Assembly: GCA_009914755.4 (NCBI GenBank) | Contig: CP068257.2 | Location: 34,368,001 to 34,432,000 of the forward strand | Reading direction: 5' to 3' | Source: the human T2T-CHM13v2.0 reference genome, Homo sapiens | Length of the DNA stretch: 64,000 nucleotides | Part shown: piece after piece, positions 61,070 to 64,000 of the stretch | How positions within the stretch are numbered: the first letter of the stretch is position 1 | Layout of the letters: each line of letters begins with the position of its first letter | Translations under genes and position numbers: made by a program | Notes under the pieces: generated by a model | What the model was told of the DNA's origin: nothing | Databases searched by the model: none | Seen by the model: only the letters and a program-made list of their open reading frames with translations

Positions 61070-62032
61070 CTTTGAAAATTAAAAGCCAGTTTAAAGGAAT
61101 TACTTTGATTCAAAATACGAAATAAGCCAAGCAGTTTGTTTTGCTGCCAGAAGGAGTGTGTTCAAACTGTCAACACACTCAGTTTACTTAACAGACTCAA
61201 GAGTTCCTTCCTTCCTTCCTTAAGGCTCTTCCTCTCCAGGGGAGCACAGCCCCAGTGCTAGTGCTCTGAAAGAGCCATACTTACATGTCAGAAAAACTGA
61301 CTCACTAAGCCAAGTTCCAGGTTTGTTTGCAAGAGATTCCTCTTTGCAAAAAAACCTCTTTGCTTCCAACTTGGTTCTCCAGTTGTAAACCTTTTGACCT
61401 AAGTCCATTTGTCTCACCTATGTAAAGATATAAAATATGGTGGGGAAAAAATGGTGGAAAGAACTGAGACCTGCACCATCCGATATAGTAATCACTGGGT
61501 ACACAGAGCTATTTAAATTTAACCTTTAATTATTTAGAATTGAATATTTAAAATTCAATCCCTTGGTAAGATAAGCTATGTTTTAATTGCACAATAGCCA
61601 TTCAGAGCTAGTGGCCACCATACTGGACAATGCATAAAAAACATCTGTCATTGCTAAAAGCTCTATTGGAGGGCACCAACCTAAACCAAAACTGAATATG
61701 CTCATATACAGTTGTTGCAGTTCTAAAGCTTTTATTCCTAAGTTTACCTGCTCTATTACAAATTATGTATCACAGTATTTTTACTTGCACAATTGCCGAT
61801 AAAAAGATCTCATGTTGCCTGAATGTATTTAGAAAGTTTTCATCAATCCTTCGACATCCAGATTCCTATACTGCCATACATTCTACTCAAAATTTCAGAA
61901 TGATTCAGAAAATGTTAACAATGACAGCATCATTGTCTCTACACAGGCCTAAAAGACCTATTCACTCTCTTCCAAAAACATGCCAGGGGGAAAAAAGACC
62001 AGCACTTACCTAATGGTTAAGAGACAGTATAC

Positions 62033-62395
<363 letters not shown>

Positions 62396-62767
62396 TCAAA
62401 GATGCCCCAAAACAAAGGCCCAGCAGAACGTGTGCCAGAAAACAGTTCTTCCCCATCAGCCTCCTCTCTTCTATACCTAAATAAAACTAATTCTTTCACA
62501 AAATTAACAGCTCTTCAAAGTTCAAGGAAAACTGAAGTACAATAACGGTAGAAATAAGAGAGAGTAACTTACATTTGTCAAGAGCTACTATGATGGAAGA
62601 GAAGAGGCTACTATGAGCCAAGGCACTCAGCTGTGATTTACATATATTATCCCATTTAATTTTTATTTCTTAGTCAGTGATGGATCGGGATATCATACCC
62701 ACACTCCAGGAAGCCTATTAAAAACCTTAGAAATGCCATTTACAGTGAATTAAGAACAAACTTTCTG

Positions 62768-63062
<295 letters not shown>

Positions 63063-63205
63063 AGCAAGAGAGAGAGAAAGAGAGAGAGAGAGACAAGGAA
63101 GGAAGGAAGGAAGAGAGGGAGGGAGGGAGGGAAGGAGGGAAGGAGGGAGGGAGGGAGGGAGGAAGGCAGGCAGGCAGGCAGGCAGGAAGGCAGGGAGGGA
63201 GGGCA
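63063..63205. repeat. Compound purine microsatellite (GA)n(GGAA)n(GGGA)n(GGCA)n at the 3' tail of a plus-strand Alu
   Basis: agagagagaaagagagagagagagacaaggaaggaaggaaggaag...gggagggagggaggaaggcaggcaggcaggcaggcagg. Confidence 0.95.
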
Positions 63206-63694
63206 AACTTTCTAGAATGGAGTAAACTTTTCACATCATTCAGGTTATTTATCAGCTCTACAAGGGACTGGGTTCTAATGAATTGTGTCTCAAGTGACAT
63301 ATTTGCCATTGACAGACCTTAAGGAGAAGCACTTGCACCAGGTAAGCAAGTGTGTGGTCACTTACTTAGTAATGTATGCCCCTAAGTAGCTTCGAATCAC
63401 TGTGTCCGTGGTGAGCAGGCAACTCTCAGGCAACGAAATAATCATCTGTCCCTCCTGGCCAAAAGGAAAGTAAAGTTGAGGACGCCTATGCTTTGGGAAG
63501 GACCCATGAGTATGAGTCTTACAAAGTCGTTGATCCCACAATCACCTACCAGTAACCCACTGTAACTCAACCAAAAGCCACCAATGAGCCTACCAATGGA
63601 GTCGCTCCCAACTCTGCGAGTCAGCAGATGCACACGAGGCTGCTCCAAGGCGAGGCCCCACAGCCCCAACAAAAATGAAAGGTCAATTATGTGA

Positions 63695-63978
<284 letters not shown>

Positions 63979-64000
63979 ATTTCTTCACTTTCTTATGCCA

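Noticed and set aside
61220-61417. 65-aa minus-strand ORF upstream of the large SETD4 exon, initially suspected to be the exon encoding ...GAYITK
   Set aside because: None of the three frames reproduces the expected SETD4 N-terminal sequence. The resemblance was faint and frame-inconsistent. It is retained only as a low-confidence cryptic-exon note.

Overview
This window reads as primate, almost certainly human, genomic DNA, and I found no coherent novel system in it. About 45 Alu SINEs, several L1 3' fragments, MER5-type DNA-transposon pieces and three large G-rich or CA-rich minisatellite arrays make up much of the sequence. The one bona fide protein-coding gene is the 3' half of SETD4 on the minus strand. 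Six consecutive coding exons lie between 51175 and 61069, each with canonical AG/GT splice sites and exactly consistent codon phases, and the last one ends in TGA. They encode WKPPPSPLL...HVQV / KAAFNEETHSYEIRTTSRWRKHEEVFICYGPHDNQRLFLEYGFVSVHNPHACVYVSR / EILVKYLPSTDKQMDKKISILKDHGYIE / NLTFGWDGPSWRLLTALKLLCLEAEKF / TCWKK...AVLQK / VSHMKDEKEALINQLTLVESLWTEELKILRASAETLHSLQTAFT*. The gene's 5' exons lie beyond the window end (above 64000). SETD4 is the human chr21q22 gene, so 1-50 kb would be the intergenic region 3' of it. That region holds a frameshifted processed pseudogene of RPL23A on the minus strand, a roughly 1.7 kb array of the 16-mer CCCCAACTCACACACA with higher-order structure, a roughly 410 bp near-pure polypurine G-tract of (GGGGGAGGCAGG)n, and a compound G-rich minisatellite at 46.8-48.15 kb. 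The compound minisatellite is a 22-mer array abutting a 39-40-mer array, and together they produce more than 300-aa spurious ORFs on both strands. The region also holds a perfect 31-bp inverted repeat, two inverted L1 3'-end pairs and many Alus with recognisable target-site duplications. The items most worth a second look are the G4/H-DNA-prone arrays, the candidate promoter next to the G-tract, the perfect hairpin, a CpG-containing insertion that disrupts an Alu, and possible cryptic exons in SETD4 introns. Coordinates of repeats are approximate (about ±10 bp); exon coordinates were derived base by base.
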